A DNA stretch of 64,000 bases from an uncultured bacterium (GTDB lineage Bacteria; Verrucomicrobiota; Verrucomicrobiia; Limisphaerales; UBA8199). Below, piece by piece: positions 21,746-33,453 of the stretch. Below the pieces are notes generated by a model, which did no database searches, was not told where the DNA came from, and worked only from the letters and a program-made list of their open reading frames with translations. Each line of letters opens with the position of its first letter. Within the stretch, counting starts at the first letter, position 1. The stretch is taken from contig CAVVMW010000006.1 of NCBI GenBank assembly GCA_963749495.1, positions 448,001 to 512,000 on the forward strand. Reading direction: 5' to 3'. A program made the translations under genes and the position numbers.

Positions 21746-21791
21746 GGTGCCAATGTTCCGTGGTTCGATTTAGGTCCACCCTGTTGTGTTA

Positions 21792-22488
21792 ATGTCCTCC
21801 GACCTCACACCTTCGGAACTCCAGGCCCTCTACCGGAACCGGTTCGGCGATGGGGCGGGCTACCGGCTTGCGGTTTGGCGGGTCCTGATTTCGGATTTCT
21901 TCGCCCCCTGGCTGGGGCAGGCGCACGCGGTGTTGGACCTGGGCTGCGGTTATGGCGAGTTCATCAACCAGGTGAGCGCCCGGGAACGTTACGCCATGGA
22001 CTTGAACCCCGACGCCGCGCGGCACCTGGACAGCCGCGTCCGGCTCCTGGCGCAGGATTGCTCGACCCGCTGGCCGCTGGCCGACCATGCCCTGGACCTC
22101 GTATTCACCAGCAACTTCTTCGAGCACCTGCCTGACAAGCCGAGCCTGGCCAGGACCCTGTCCGAGGCGCGGCGCTGCCTCAAACCCGGCGGCCACCTCG
22201 TGGCCATGGGGCCGAACATCAAATTCCTGCCCGGTCAGTACCTGGGATTTCTGGGACCACTGCCTGCCGTTGACCGAGTTGAGCCTTGGCGAGGCGATGC
22301 GGGCGGCCGGCTTTGGCCTCGAGCGCGTGGCGGGCCGCTTTCTGCCCTACACGATGAGCCGGGGAGGACGCTATCCGCTGGCCCTGCTGCGGCTCTACCT
22401 GCGGCTGCCGCTGCTCTGGAAGATCTTTGGCAAGCAGTTTCTGCTGGTTGCGGTCAATCCTGAAAGGCCTAATCCATCCAAATGTTGA
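21792..22488 (+). CDS. Class I SAM-dependent methyltransferase (frameshift near 22240)
   Basis: VLDLGCGYGEF, FTSNFFEHL and LKPGG motifs; WDFWDHCLPLT...GKQFLLVA in the next frame. Confidence 0.85.
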
Positions 22489-22508
22489 GATCTGACCCCA
22501 ATGTCCTC

Positions 22509-22732
22509 CATCCCGGAGGGATGAAAGACGGTAGCCGGGGGTCGAAGCGGAGCGAGACCCCCGGTTCCGCGATGGTGTGCGTCCGCATCCCGGAGGGATG
22601 CCAGAAGAGTAGGCAATCACAAGGTGAAGCACCTCTGGCACCCCGTTCCGGGGTGCGGACGATCATCCTCGGTGACCGGGAGTCGCGGCGGCGCCGCGAC
22701 TCCCGGCTACCTTCTGGCAACCCTCCGGGTTG
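22509..22732. repeat. REPIN-like element (CATCCCGGAGGGATG family)
   Basis: Multiple internal palindromes and inverted ends; second copy at 54663-55140. Confidence 0.85.
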
Positions 22733-22747
22733 CCCCTCTGGCCCCCA

Positions 22748-23539
22748 ATGAATCCAAACCCGCCAGCCGCCCCGCCTCTCCGGTTGCTGAGCGTTGTCAT
22801 CCCGGCGCGCGACGAAGCGGAGTGCATCGCGGCAACCGTCGAGCACCTGAGGGTCGAGCTGGAGTTAAGCCAAGTGCCCTACGAGATTGTGGTGGTGGAC
22901 GACGGGAGCAGCGACGGCACGTGGCAGGTGCTGGCGGCGTTGCAGGCAAAGAACCCGGCGCTGCGCCCCGTTCGAAACGACGGCTCCAATGGGTTCGGCC
23001 GCGCCGTCGCCCGGGGGATCGATGCGGCCAGGGGCGATGCGGTCGTGGTCATGATGGGCGACGAGTCCGATGATTGCCGGGACGTGGTCCGCTACTGGAG
23101 AACTCTCAACCAGGGATGGGACTGCGTCTTCGGAAGCCGGTTCATGAAAGGCGGCGGGGTCATCGATTACCCCTGGCTCAAACTCCGAGTCAATCGCCTG
23201 GCCAACCTCTTCATCCGCTGGCTCTTCCACATCCCGCTCAACGACACGACCAACGCCTTCAAGGCCTATCGGAAGACCGCGCTCGACGGCTGCCGGCCGT
23301 TTCTCTCGCCGCACTTCAACCTGACTGTCGAGTTGCCTCTCAAGGCCATCGTCCGGGGCTACACCTGGACGGTCATCCCGATTACCTGGCGCAACCGGCG
23401 CACCGGCAGCCCCAAGCTCAAGCTCAAGGAGATGGGCAGCCGCTACTTCTTCGTTTGCATGTACGTCTGGCTGGAGAAATACTTCAGCCGCGGCGATTAC
23501 CGAAAACCCCCAACCAAGCCGCCAGTCCAGCGGCAATAG
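22748..23539 (+). CDS. Glycosyltransferase family 2 (polyprenol-phosphate glycosyltransferase-like)
   Basis: LSVVIPARDEA, IVVVDDGSSDGT, CVFGSRF and DTTNAFKAYR motifs. Confidence 0.9.
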   Translation: MNPNPPAAPPLRLLSVVIPARDEAECIAATVEHLRVELELSQVPYEIVVVDDGSSDGTWQVLAALQAKNPALRPVRNDGSNGFGRAVARGIDAARGDAVVVMMGDESDDCRDVVRYWRTLNQGWDCVFGSRFMKGGGVIDYPWLKLRVNRLANLFIRWLFHIPLNDTTNAFKAYRKTALDGCRPFLSPHFNLTVELPLKAIVRGYTWTVIPITWRNRRTGSPKLKLKEMGSRYFFVCMYVWLEKYFSRGDYRKPPTKPPVQRQ

Positions 23540-23585
23540 TCAGTGGCCAGCGGACAGCGGGCTGTCGAATCTGCTGTCTCAAATC

Positions 23586-23675
23586 TGAAATGTGAAACGT
23601 GAAACGTGAAATGTGAAACGTGAAACGTGAAACCTGGACTGTGGACTGTGGACCGAGGACTGTGGACTGTGGACT
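23586..23675. repeat. Composite 7-nt tandem array: (TGAAACG) x7 then (TGGACTG) x6
   Basis: Continuous 7-nt register; overlaps the TAG stop of the minus-strand gene. Confidence 0.95.
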
Positions 23676-26640
23676 ATTGAGCCAGGACGCGGTAGAAGCC
23701 GCTGGCGTTGGTGGCGGGGAGGTAGGTGGTGATGATGCCGCCGGTGCCGTTGTTGGTGGACAGAGAGAGCCAGTCGGCATCGGTGAGCCGGTCTTTGAAC
23801 TGGATGATATAGGTCCGGTTGGACTGGCTCAGGAATGAGAAGGAGAAGCTGCCGCCTTGGAGGATCGGGCTGGAGAGGCCTAGGTTCAGGGGCAGGATGG
23901 TGAGCGCGGCCTGGGCCTTGGCGGTGCCGACGGCATTGGAGACGGTGACACTGTAAAGGCCCTGGTTGGCCGGTTGGGCGCTTTGGAGGGTGTAGGTGGG
24001 GCCAGTGGCCCCGGGGATGTCGGCGCCCAGGAATGCCCACTGGTAGGCGAGGTTGTCGCCGGAGGCACTGACGGTGAAGGCGGCACTTTGGCCCTGGGAG
24101 ACGGTCAGGTCGGCGGGCGCCGTCAGAATGGCGGGCGAGGCCAGGACCGTCAGGAATGTCAGGAGCGTGGCTGAGGAGTCCTGCACCGGATTGTGGATGG
24201 TCACTGTGACGGTGTATCGGCCCTGGTCGCTGGTCTGTGCGGCAGGGATATTGTAAATGGGGCTGTTTGCGCCGATGATGCTGACGCCATCATGGGCCCA
24301 TTGGTACTCGATGGGTGAGAGGCCGGTGGCATTGGCCTGAAGCGCCACGTTCTGGCCGACGGCGACGGCGGGGTTGGTGGGCTGGATAAAGGGATAGGGG
24401 TCGACAGTGAGAGTGGCGATGGCGCTGGTGATGCCCCCGGCCCCATTGGTAATGACGACGTTGTACCAGCCGGCATCCTCCGGGCGGACGGAGGGCAGGG
24501 TGTAAGTGAAATTGGTAAAGACCTGGTTGGTCATGGCCGCAGGGTCAGGGATATCCAGTTGCTGGAACTGCCACTTGAAGAAATTGGTGGTGTTGCCGTC
24601 GGCGGTTTCGCCGCTGGCGAAGACCTGGAACTTGGCGGGAGTGGTCTCGAAGACCTCGGCACTGGCCGGTTGGACGGCAATGGAAGAGACGATGCTCAAG
24701 GAGGCGACGCGGCTGGTGACGACGCCCAGGACGTTGGAGACAACGACATCGTAGTAACCCACATTGGTCGTATTGAGGTAGGGCACTGAGTAATTGGAGC
24801 TGACCTGGCCGGCGATGTTGGTGGGGGTGATGGTATTGGTGCCGTAGTAGCGCCACCAATAGTAGAGCCTCAACGTGGCCTCGCCGGAGGCCTGGATGGA
24901 CAGACCGGCGGGGTTGCCGTTGGTCTGGACGGCATCCAGGGGTTGCTGGATGATGGCGGGATAGGTGGCCAGTTCGAAGGCGCCGATATCGGCGCCGCGA
25001 CCCAATGGGCGGGGAGCGCCGCGCTGGTCGATGGGTGGGAAGAAGGCGTTGGTGCTGATGGCGTCAATGGCAGGGCTGGCGTTGGACAGGGCCATGGTCA
25101 TGGTATAACCGCCGTTGGCGCCCAGCGGGAAGAGCAATGGGTCGATCCTCTTGAGAGTGTGGCTGCTGGTCCAGGCGCCGGCGTTGTCGGTGCTCAGGTT
25201 GTAGCCGCCGTCGGTGATCTTGCCGGCGACGGCGAAGACATTGGTGCCGTTGGAATTGAAGGGGGCGACGAAATTGGTCGAGAGGATCGAGTTCAAGACG
25301 AGGAAGGTGCCGCCGCCGGTGGCCAGGCCCCCGCCCTGGCCCACGCCATCCTTGTTGGGCTGGGGCGGGATGCCCGAGCCGTTGGTTCCGGCCGCGCCCC
25401 CAAAGGCGGCGCAATTGGCAATCGTGCAATTGACCACCGAGACCACCCCGCTGCCATAGAGCGCGCCGCCCGCGCCGTTGCCCCCGGCGCCCCCCCTGCC
25501 CGCGGCCAGGACGCCGTTGCCGCCCAGGCCCCCGGCGCCGCCCCAGACCATGTTCGTGTAGAACGTACAGTTGGTCAGCGCCCCCACGCCCAGGCAGCAC
25601 AGGCCCCCGCCCATCCCGTTCGGGCCGTTGTTGCCGTCCATGCCGTTGCCACTGAAAAGGCTGCCGCCCCCGGCGCTGTTGCCCCCCTGGGCCGAGTTGG
25701 CGTAAAATGTGCAGTTGACCACCTGGTCGGTCGAGACCCCATAGACGCCCGCCCCCAGAGCCGCACCGCCGGCACCCCCGCCGCCGGCCAGACCCGAAAT
25801 CCAGCCCGCGCCGCCCGCGCCGCCCTGGCCGCCTGAGCCGCCTACCACCTTGTTGCCCACAAAAGTGCAGTTGCTGGCCAGGAGCGTGCCCAGGCCCAGA
25901 CTATAGACGGCGCCGCCGCAGGCCTCCGCGCCCGCGCCGCCAGAACCCCCGTTGCCCCCGGAGTAGAGACCTGCGGCCCAACCGTCACCGCCGTTGCCCC
26001 CGGCCCCGCCGTTGCCGCCCTGGGCGCTGTTGGTCGCCACCAGGCAATTCAACAGGACCAGGTTGCCCAGGTTATAAACAGCCCCGCCCAGGCCGGGCGT
26101 CCCCGAGTAGCCCCGGGAGCCGTCGTGGCCGTTGTTGCCCGAGCTGGTAGCGCCGCCCAGTCCGGCGTAGCCGCTCAGTCCCACCGCCTGGTTGTTGACC
26201 AGTGTGCAGTTGGTGAGCGTAACGGAGGCCCCGTCCAGGATGTAAAAGGCGCCGCCGTTGGTGGTGACACCGCCGCTGATGGCCAGGCCGATGTTGCTGA
26301 ACGTGACGCCCGGGTGGACAAAGAAAACCGGTCCCTGGCCGCCGCCATCGATGCTGACGGTGAAGTTGTTGGCGCTGAGGATCGTGTCCTGCACGATTTC
26401 AATAGGAGCCGTCAGGACGATGCTGCAGTTCTGGGTGAAATAGACAAAGCCGCCCTGCCCCAGCGCAACGTTCAGGTCAGACTCCGTGCACCCGAACACC
26501 TCGCCGGCCGCGCGCGCCGTCCCGGTGCTGAGCAGGCCCGCAGCCAGCGTGGCACAGAGCAGGCCCACGAGCCGAGGCAGCCGATTTCGAGGCGGGGCCA
26601 TCCGGGCCGGCGCCCGGAGCAAAAGGGAGTGTAGTTTCAC
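23674..26640 (-). CDS. Secreted Gly-rich beta-helix/choice-of-anchor-Q-like protein with Ig domains
   Basis: Signal peptide; NCTF...N-x-A-x-GG repeats; DPLL-x-PLG-x-NGG...DQRG-x-x-R...DIGAFE; four Ig units. Confidence 0.85.
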   Translation of the reverse strand: MKLHSLLLRAPARMAPPRNRLPRLVGLLCATLAAGLLSTGTARAAGEVFGCTESDLNVALGQGGFVYFTQNCSIVLTAPIEIVQDTILSANNFTVSIDGGGQGPVFFVHPGVTFSNIGLAISGGVTTNGGAFYILDGASVTLTNCTLVNNQAVGLSGYAGLGGATSSGNNGHDGSRGYSGTPGLGGAVYNLGNLVLLNCLVATNSAQGGNGGAGGNGGDGWAAGLYSGGNGGSGGAGAEACGGAVYSLGLGTLLASNCTFVGNKVVGGSGGQGGAGGAGWISGLAGGGGAGGAALGAGVYGVSTDQVVNCTFYANSAQGGNSAGGGSLFSGNGMDGNNGPNGMGGGLCCLGVGALTNCTFYTNMVWGGAGGLGGNGVLAAGRGGAGGNGAGGALYGSGVVSVVNCTIANCAAFGGAAGTNGSGIPPQPNKDGVGQGGGLATGGGTFLVLNSILSTNFVAPFNSNGTNVFAVAGKITDGGYNLSTDNAGAWTSSHTLKRIDPLLFPLGANGGYTMTMALSNASPAIDAISTNAFFPPIDQRGAPRPLGRGADIGAFELATYPAIIQQPLDAVQTNGNPAGLSIQASGEATLRLYYWWRYYGTNTITPTNIAGQVSSNYSVPYLNTTNVGYYDVVVSNVLGVVTSRVASLSIVSSIAVQPASAEVFETTPAKFQVFASGETADGNTTNFFKWQFQQLDIPDPAAMTNQVFTNFTYTLPSVRPEDAGWYNVVITNGAGGITSAIATLTVDPYPFIQPTNPAVAVGQNVALQANATGLSPIEYQWAHDGVSIIGANSPIYNIPAAQTSDQGRYTVTVTIHNPVQDSSATLLTFLTVLASPAILTAPADLTVSQGQSAAFTVSASGDNLAYQWAFLGADIPGATGPTYTLQSAQPANQGLYSVTVSNAVGTAKAQAALTILPLNLGLSSPILQGGSFSFSFLSQSNRTYIIQFKDRLTDADWLSLSTNNGTGGIITTYLPATNASGFYRVLAQ

Positions 26641-26661
26641 GGATCGGTTTGGGCTTTCGGA

Positions 26662-28939
<2,278 letters not shown>

Positions 28940-28943
<4 letters not shown>

Positions 28944-29548
28944 CTAATTGAAGCGGTTGCACGGTTGGAGCCCGGGGCCGCCGGTTTGGGGCCGGGCGCG
29001 GCAGGTTTTTGGGCCTTCTGGTAATCGGCGATTACCTTGACGCTCACCATGAGGGCCTGGTGCGGGGCGTCGGGGCGCAAGGTCAGGTCGCGCACGCGGA
29101 CCATCGAATTGCTGGCGCCCAGGTTGAAGAGGAAATTGACCACCTGCTCCTCGCGGGCGGTCAGGCCGATGGTTTGGGACTTTTGGAGGAAAAACGGGTT
29201 GTTCGTGCTCTCGGTCACCCGGGAGGCGCTGCTGAAAGTGATGCCGCACAGGGCCGCCTTGGTCAGCACCTCGTTGGCAAAGTGGATCGACTGTTCCTCG
29301 GCGGGCACCACGTAGGCACCGCCGCCCATCAGCCTGGTCATCTGGGCTTTGAGCGTTGTGGATTGGGCGATCTCGTCATTGTACTGCTGGAGCTTCCTCA
29401 GCGCCATTTCCCGCCGGGTCGAGACGCGCTGCCAATCCGAGAAGTGCGGCACCACGAACCAGGCGTTGAAGACCACAAACAGCATGACGCCCACGCCGAC
29501 CACCAGGCGCTTCTCGAACGGGCGCAGATTGTCCAGGTAGGTCTTCAT
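28940..29548 (-). CDS. PilO/GspM-like inner-membrane platform protein
   Basis: N-terminal TM, coiled coil, VVNFLFNL...VRVRDLTL; lies between the gspL-like gene and gspD. Confidence 0.7.
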
Positions 29549-31566
29549 TGGGCCTCCACGCGCTTGAGTTCGAGGGCCAGGTTCCAGTTGGCGGTCTGCC
29601 GGTTGACGCCCATCATGGCCGTGAAGCTGAGGCCCTCGCCACTCCGGCTCGACGAGTCGAAGAGGAGCTGGCCGTCCTTGGTGTATTTGCGCATGGCGGC
29701 CTCGAGTTGGATCAATTCCTTTTGTTGATCGGCGGGGGCGCTGCCATTGAGGCTCAGCCGCTTGCCCTCGTTGAAGTTGAAGCCATCGAGGGTCACGCTT
29801 TCAGGCAGCAGTTCGGCCACGGCCTTCCAGCAATCCAGGGCGGCATAAGTGAGTTCCTCGTGGACTTTGAGGACGCCGTAGCGGGCGCGGATCTGCAGGG
29901 CGTTGGTGTAGGCAGGGGCCAGTTCGGTGACGGCGTCCTCGACGCCGTGGGTGCGCATGAGGTTCACCTGGAGGGCCACCAGGTAAATGACCACGCCCAG
30001 GATGTAGATGGCCCCCACGGCGCCCAAACCGCCCATCCAGAGCCGGTCCGTGAACTGCTGCTGGTAGCGCGTGGCGTATTCGACCGGGAGCAAATTGGCC
30101 TGCGCCTCGGACTGCGTGGCGCGGGTGGCGGTCATGGCGGCCAGGTCCAGCGGCGGCACAGGCGCGCTCACCTCGATGGGCTGCTCCAGCCCCGCCCGCA
30201 GGATCGGTTCCCATTCGGCCGCCGCCGCCTCGTCGGCCACCAGGTGCCAGCGCGGCTTGGCGGTGAGCCAGCCTTCCATCTCCCCGGCCCAGGCGATCTG
30301 CAGCAACTGCTCCCTCAGCCCCTCGGCACGGTTGGTTGACGGCAGCGTTATGAATCCCAAGTTCTGCAGCGTCCCCCCATACCACCACGCCGCCAGGGCC
30401 GTGCTCACGGCGCCCGCAGCCGCATTCGGATAAATCCAGACCCCGTCCTCGCTCACCGGCGTGGCCTGCAACTGGTCCAGCGAAGGCATCTCCAGCCGGT
30501 CGGCCGCGAATCCCTGGCCCTCGAGCTGGCCCAGAAACTCCTCGACCACATTGCGCGCCGCGATCAGGACAATGATGGTCTGCTGGCTCTCGCGGACCTG
30601 CGGCAAGACGTAGATGCTCCAGGCGATCTGGTTGATCGGTATCGGGGAGAGCTTCTCCAACTGCAGCTCGACCATCGCGACCGTCTCGGTGTAATCGCTC
30701 ACCGGGAATTGGGCCACGCGCACAAAGACCTGGTTGGCCGGCAGCCAGGCTATATTGAGCTTGCGCTGGAAGAGCGAGCGCCAGTCCTTGGCAATGAGGC
30801 CGGGCAACGGTTGGCCGGGCGCAAGGGCTGCCTGGCGGTTCAAGGCGAAGCTGCTGCCGCGGGCGTTGAAGTGCCAGAGCTGGCGGCCTTGCGCCCCGAT
30901 CTGGAGCACGTTGCACGAGGCCACAGCGGCAGCCGAGGTCTTGCGCCGCGCCATCCGCACCGCCATCGAGGAGGGCGTGCCCGCCGGCACGACGCCCGCC
31001 TGCCTGGCTTTGAAATAGCGAACCAGGAGCAGGGCCCCGAGGATCGTGCCGAAGGTCAGGCCCGAGAGCATCGGATAAAAAGAGGGTTTGGCCTGCCATC
31101 GGCGCAGGGTCTCCAGGAGTTGGGAGCCGGTCTTGGCTTTGGCAGGGGCGGCGGCAGGGGCTGGGGCCGCGCCTTTGGCCACAAGGCTGCCCTTGAGGCC
31201 GGGGCGCGCCGTCAGCACGGGGGCGTTGGTCCCGGGACCGGCGTTCAAGCCTGGCCTTGCGCCTGGTTTGGCTCCCTGGGCGGAGCGCAGCCGGGCCGCC
31301 GCCGCTTCCGCGGCGGGGTTTGTGGCCGGGCCGGACCGAGGCGCCCCGCGGGCGGCGGCCTGAGCGGGCGTGGTTGGCGCGCCGGGTCTGGCGCGCGGCC
31401 CGAGCGCGGGGGCGTTGGTGCCGGCTGGGGCCTTGGTCCCGGACTGCGCCCCGCCATGAAAGACGCCGCCCAGCCAAAGGGCCAGGCCCACCAGCGCCGC
31501 CCCCGCCGCCATCAGCCCCAGTGTTCGTTGCGCGCTCTTCATGCCGGCAGAACTCCGTTTGCTCAC
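29545..31566 (-). CDS. GspL/PilM-PilN-like protein with N-terminal Pro/Ala-rich extension
   Basis: AWLPANQVFVR...ELQLEKLSP, ANLLP-x-x-Y followed by a TM, and VAELLPESVTL...LSLNG. Confidence 0.65.
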   Translation of the reverse strand: MSKRSSAGMKSAQRTLGLMAAGAALVGLALWLGGVFHGGAQSGTKAPAGTNAPALGPRARPGAPTTPAQAAARGAPRSGPATNPAAEAAAARLRSAQGAKPGARPGLNAGPGTNAPVLTARPGLKGSLVAKGAAPAPAAAPAKAKTGSQLLETLRRWQAKPSFYPMLSGLTFGTILGALLLVRYFKARQAGVVPAGTPSSMAVRMARRKTSAAAVASCNVLQIGAQGRQLWHFNARGSSFALNRQAALAPGQPLPGLIAKDWRSLFQRKLNIAWLPANQVFVRVAQFPVSDYTETVAMVELQLEKLSPIPINQIAWSIYVLPQVRESQQTIIVLIAARNVVEEFLGQLEGQGFAADRLEMPSLDQLQATPVSEDGVWIYPNAAAGAVSTALAAWWYGGTLQNLGFITLPSTNRAEGLREQLLQIAWAGEMEGWLTAKPRWHLVADEAAAAEWEPILRAGLEQPIEVSAPVPPLDLAAMTATRATQSEAQANLLPVEYATRYQQQFTDRLWMGGLGAVGAIYILGVVIYLVALQVNLMRTHGVEDAVTELAPAYTNALQIRARYGVLKVHEELTYAALDCWKAVAELLPESVTLDGFNFNEGKRLSLNGSAPADQQKELIQLEAAMRKYTKDGQLLFDSSSRSGEGLSFTAMMGVNRQTANWNLALELKRVEAQ

Positions 31567-33305
31567 TCCGCTTTGGTGTCATCCATCAGCGCGTCGAGGT
31601 GCTCCTCGACTTGAGTGACGCGCAGGACCTCTTCGATGGTGGTCGAGGCGGAGCGGACCTTGTTCCAGCCGTCGGTGCGGAGAGTGCGCATGCCCAGTTC
31701 GATGGCCTTGGCGGCCATGGTCGAGGCGGGGGCGCGGCTGAGGATGAGGGGGCGGAGCTGCTCGTTGAGGATGAGCAGTTCATAGATGCCCATGCGCCCC
31801 TGGTAACCAAGTTGGCGGCACTCTTCGCACCCGGTCCCGTGCCAGAACTTGGCCGTCTGGATTTCGGCTTCCGGGAACCCGATGCGGCGCAGGTAATCGC
31901 GCTCGACCTTCTCCTCGGTCTTGCAGTGGGGGCAGATGGTGCGGACCAGGCGCTGGGCCATGACCGCCTCGACCGAGGAAGCGACCAGGAACGGCTCGAT
32001 GCCCATATCGATCAAGCGCGTGAAGGCGCTGGGCGCGTCGTTGGTGTGCAGGGTGCTGAAGACCAGGTGCCCGGTCAGGGCGGCCCGGATGGCGATCTCG
32101 GCCGTCTCCAGGTCGCGGATTTCGCCCACCATGATGACGTTGGGGTCCTGGCGCAGGATGTGGCGCAAGCCCATGGCGAAGGTCAGCCCGATCTCGGGCC
32201 GGACGGCGATTTGGTTGATCCCCTTCAGTTCGTATTCGACCGGTTCCTCGATGGTGATGATGCGCTTGTGTACCGAGTTGATCGTGCTCAGGAAGGCATA
32301 GAGCGAAGTGGACTTGCCCGAGCCGGTCGGGCCGGTCACCAGGAAGATGCCGTGGGGCTTGACGATGATCTCGCGAATGGCCTGTTCTTCGAGGGGCGAA
32401 AACCCCAGCTTGTCCAGGCTCAGGAAGATCTTGCCGCGCGTCAGCAACCGCAACGACACGCTCTCCCCATACACCGTCGGCACCGTCGAAACACGAATAT
32501 CGATCTCCTCGCCCTTGATGCGGACATTGATGCGGCCGTCCTGGGGGAGGCGCTTCTCGGAGATGTTCATGCCCGACATGACCTTGATGCGCGAGATGAG
32601 CGCCGCCTGGAACCGCTTGAGCTGTGGCGGCATGGGCGTTTGGTGGAGAATGCCGTTAATGCGGTAGCGGATGCGCAACTCGTCCTCGGCCGGCTCGAAA
32701 TGAATGTCCGTCGCGCGGTCCTTGAAGGCCTCCCAGATGACCTGGTTGACGAATTTGATGACGCTGGCCTCCTGGTCGCTCTCGGTAATCTCCTTGTCCG
32801 CCGGCAGATCCAGGTCCATCAGCATGTCTTCGCTCTCGTCCATCTGGCCGAGGGTGTCGGCGCCGACCCCGTAGAAATTCTTGAGCGCCTTCTCGATTTC
32901 CACCTTGGCGGCCAGCGCAAACCGCACCGGGCCGCGCGCGTCGAATCGGACCGCGTTGAGCATCGCCGTGTCGAACGGGTTGCTCACCGCCACCTGCAAT
33001 GTGCCGTCGGTCACCTGGGTCGGGAGGACCGAGTATTGAAAGGCGACCTTGGTCGAGATCCGGGTCCGGGCCTCGGCGGGCACCTTGAGCTTGGGCAGGT
33101 CCAGGTACGGCCACTGCAGCGCCTTGGCCAGGTCCTGGAGAAACACATCCTCCGTCAGGCCCCGTTCCCGGCACACGAACCCCAGCAGCGATTCCTGCGA
33201 ACCGCCCTGCACGGCCACCCGCCAGGCCCGCGTCCACTCCTCGAACTGTCCGGGAGTCGCCAGGCCCATCCGGGCCACAAATTCTCGAAATGACACAAAA
33301 GCCAT
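31563..33305 (-). CDS. gspE: GspE/PilB secretion ATPase
   Basis: ATDIHFEP, EKRLPQDG, Walker A GPTGSGKST, LRQDPNVIMVGEIRD, STLHTND and CPHC...CEEC motifs. Confidence 0.95.
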   Translation of the reverse strand: MAFVSFREFVARMGLATPGQFEEWTRAWRVAVQGGSQESLLGFVCRERGLTEDVFLQDLAKALQWPYLDLPKLKVPAEARTRISTKVAFQYSVLPTQVTDGTLQVAVSNPFDTAMLNAVRFDARGPVRFALAAKVEIEKALKNFYGVGADTLGQMDESEDMLMDLDLPADKEITESDQEASVIKFVNQVIWEAFKDRATDIHFEPAEDELRIRYRINGILHQTPMPPQLKRFQAALISRIKVMSGMNISEKRLPQDGRINVRIKGEEIDIRVSTVPTVYGESVSLRLLTRGKIFLSLDKLGFSPLEEQAIREIIVKPHGIFLVTGPTGSGKSTSLYAFLSTINSVHKRIITIEEPVEYELKGINQIAVRPEIGLTFAMGLRHILRQDPNVIMVGEIRDLETAEIAIRAALTGHLVFSTLHTNDAPSAFTRLIDMGIEPFLVASSVEAVMAQRLVRTICPHCKTEEKVERDYLRRIGFPEAEIQTAKFWHGTGCEECRQLGYQGRMGIYELLILNEQLRPLILSRAPASTMAAKAIELGMRTLRTDGWNKVRSASTTIEEVLRVTQVEEHLDALMDDTKAE

Positions 33306-33453
33306 TTGTCTCGTCAAGTCATCGCTAGTCTTCTGAAACAAACCAGACTGGAAAAAGTTGCGCCCAGGGGCAAACTATTTGCAGGGTCACATTCCGTTTG
33401 ACACCCGGGGCGGCAACGCGTTTCATCCCCCTAAGTGCAATAGACACACAACC

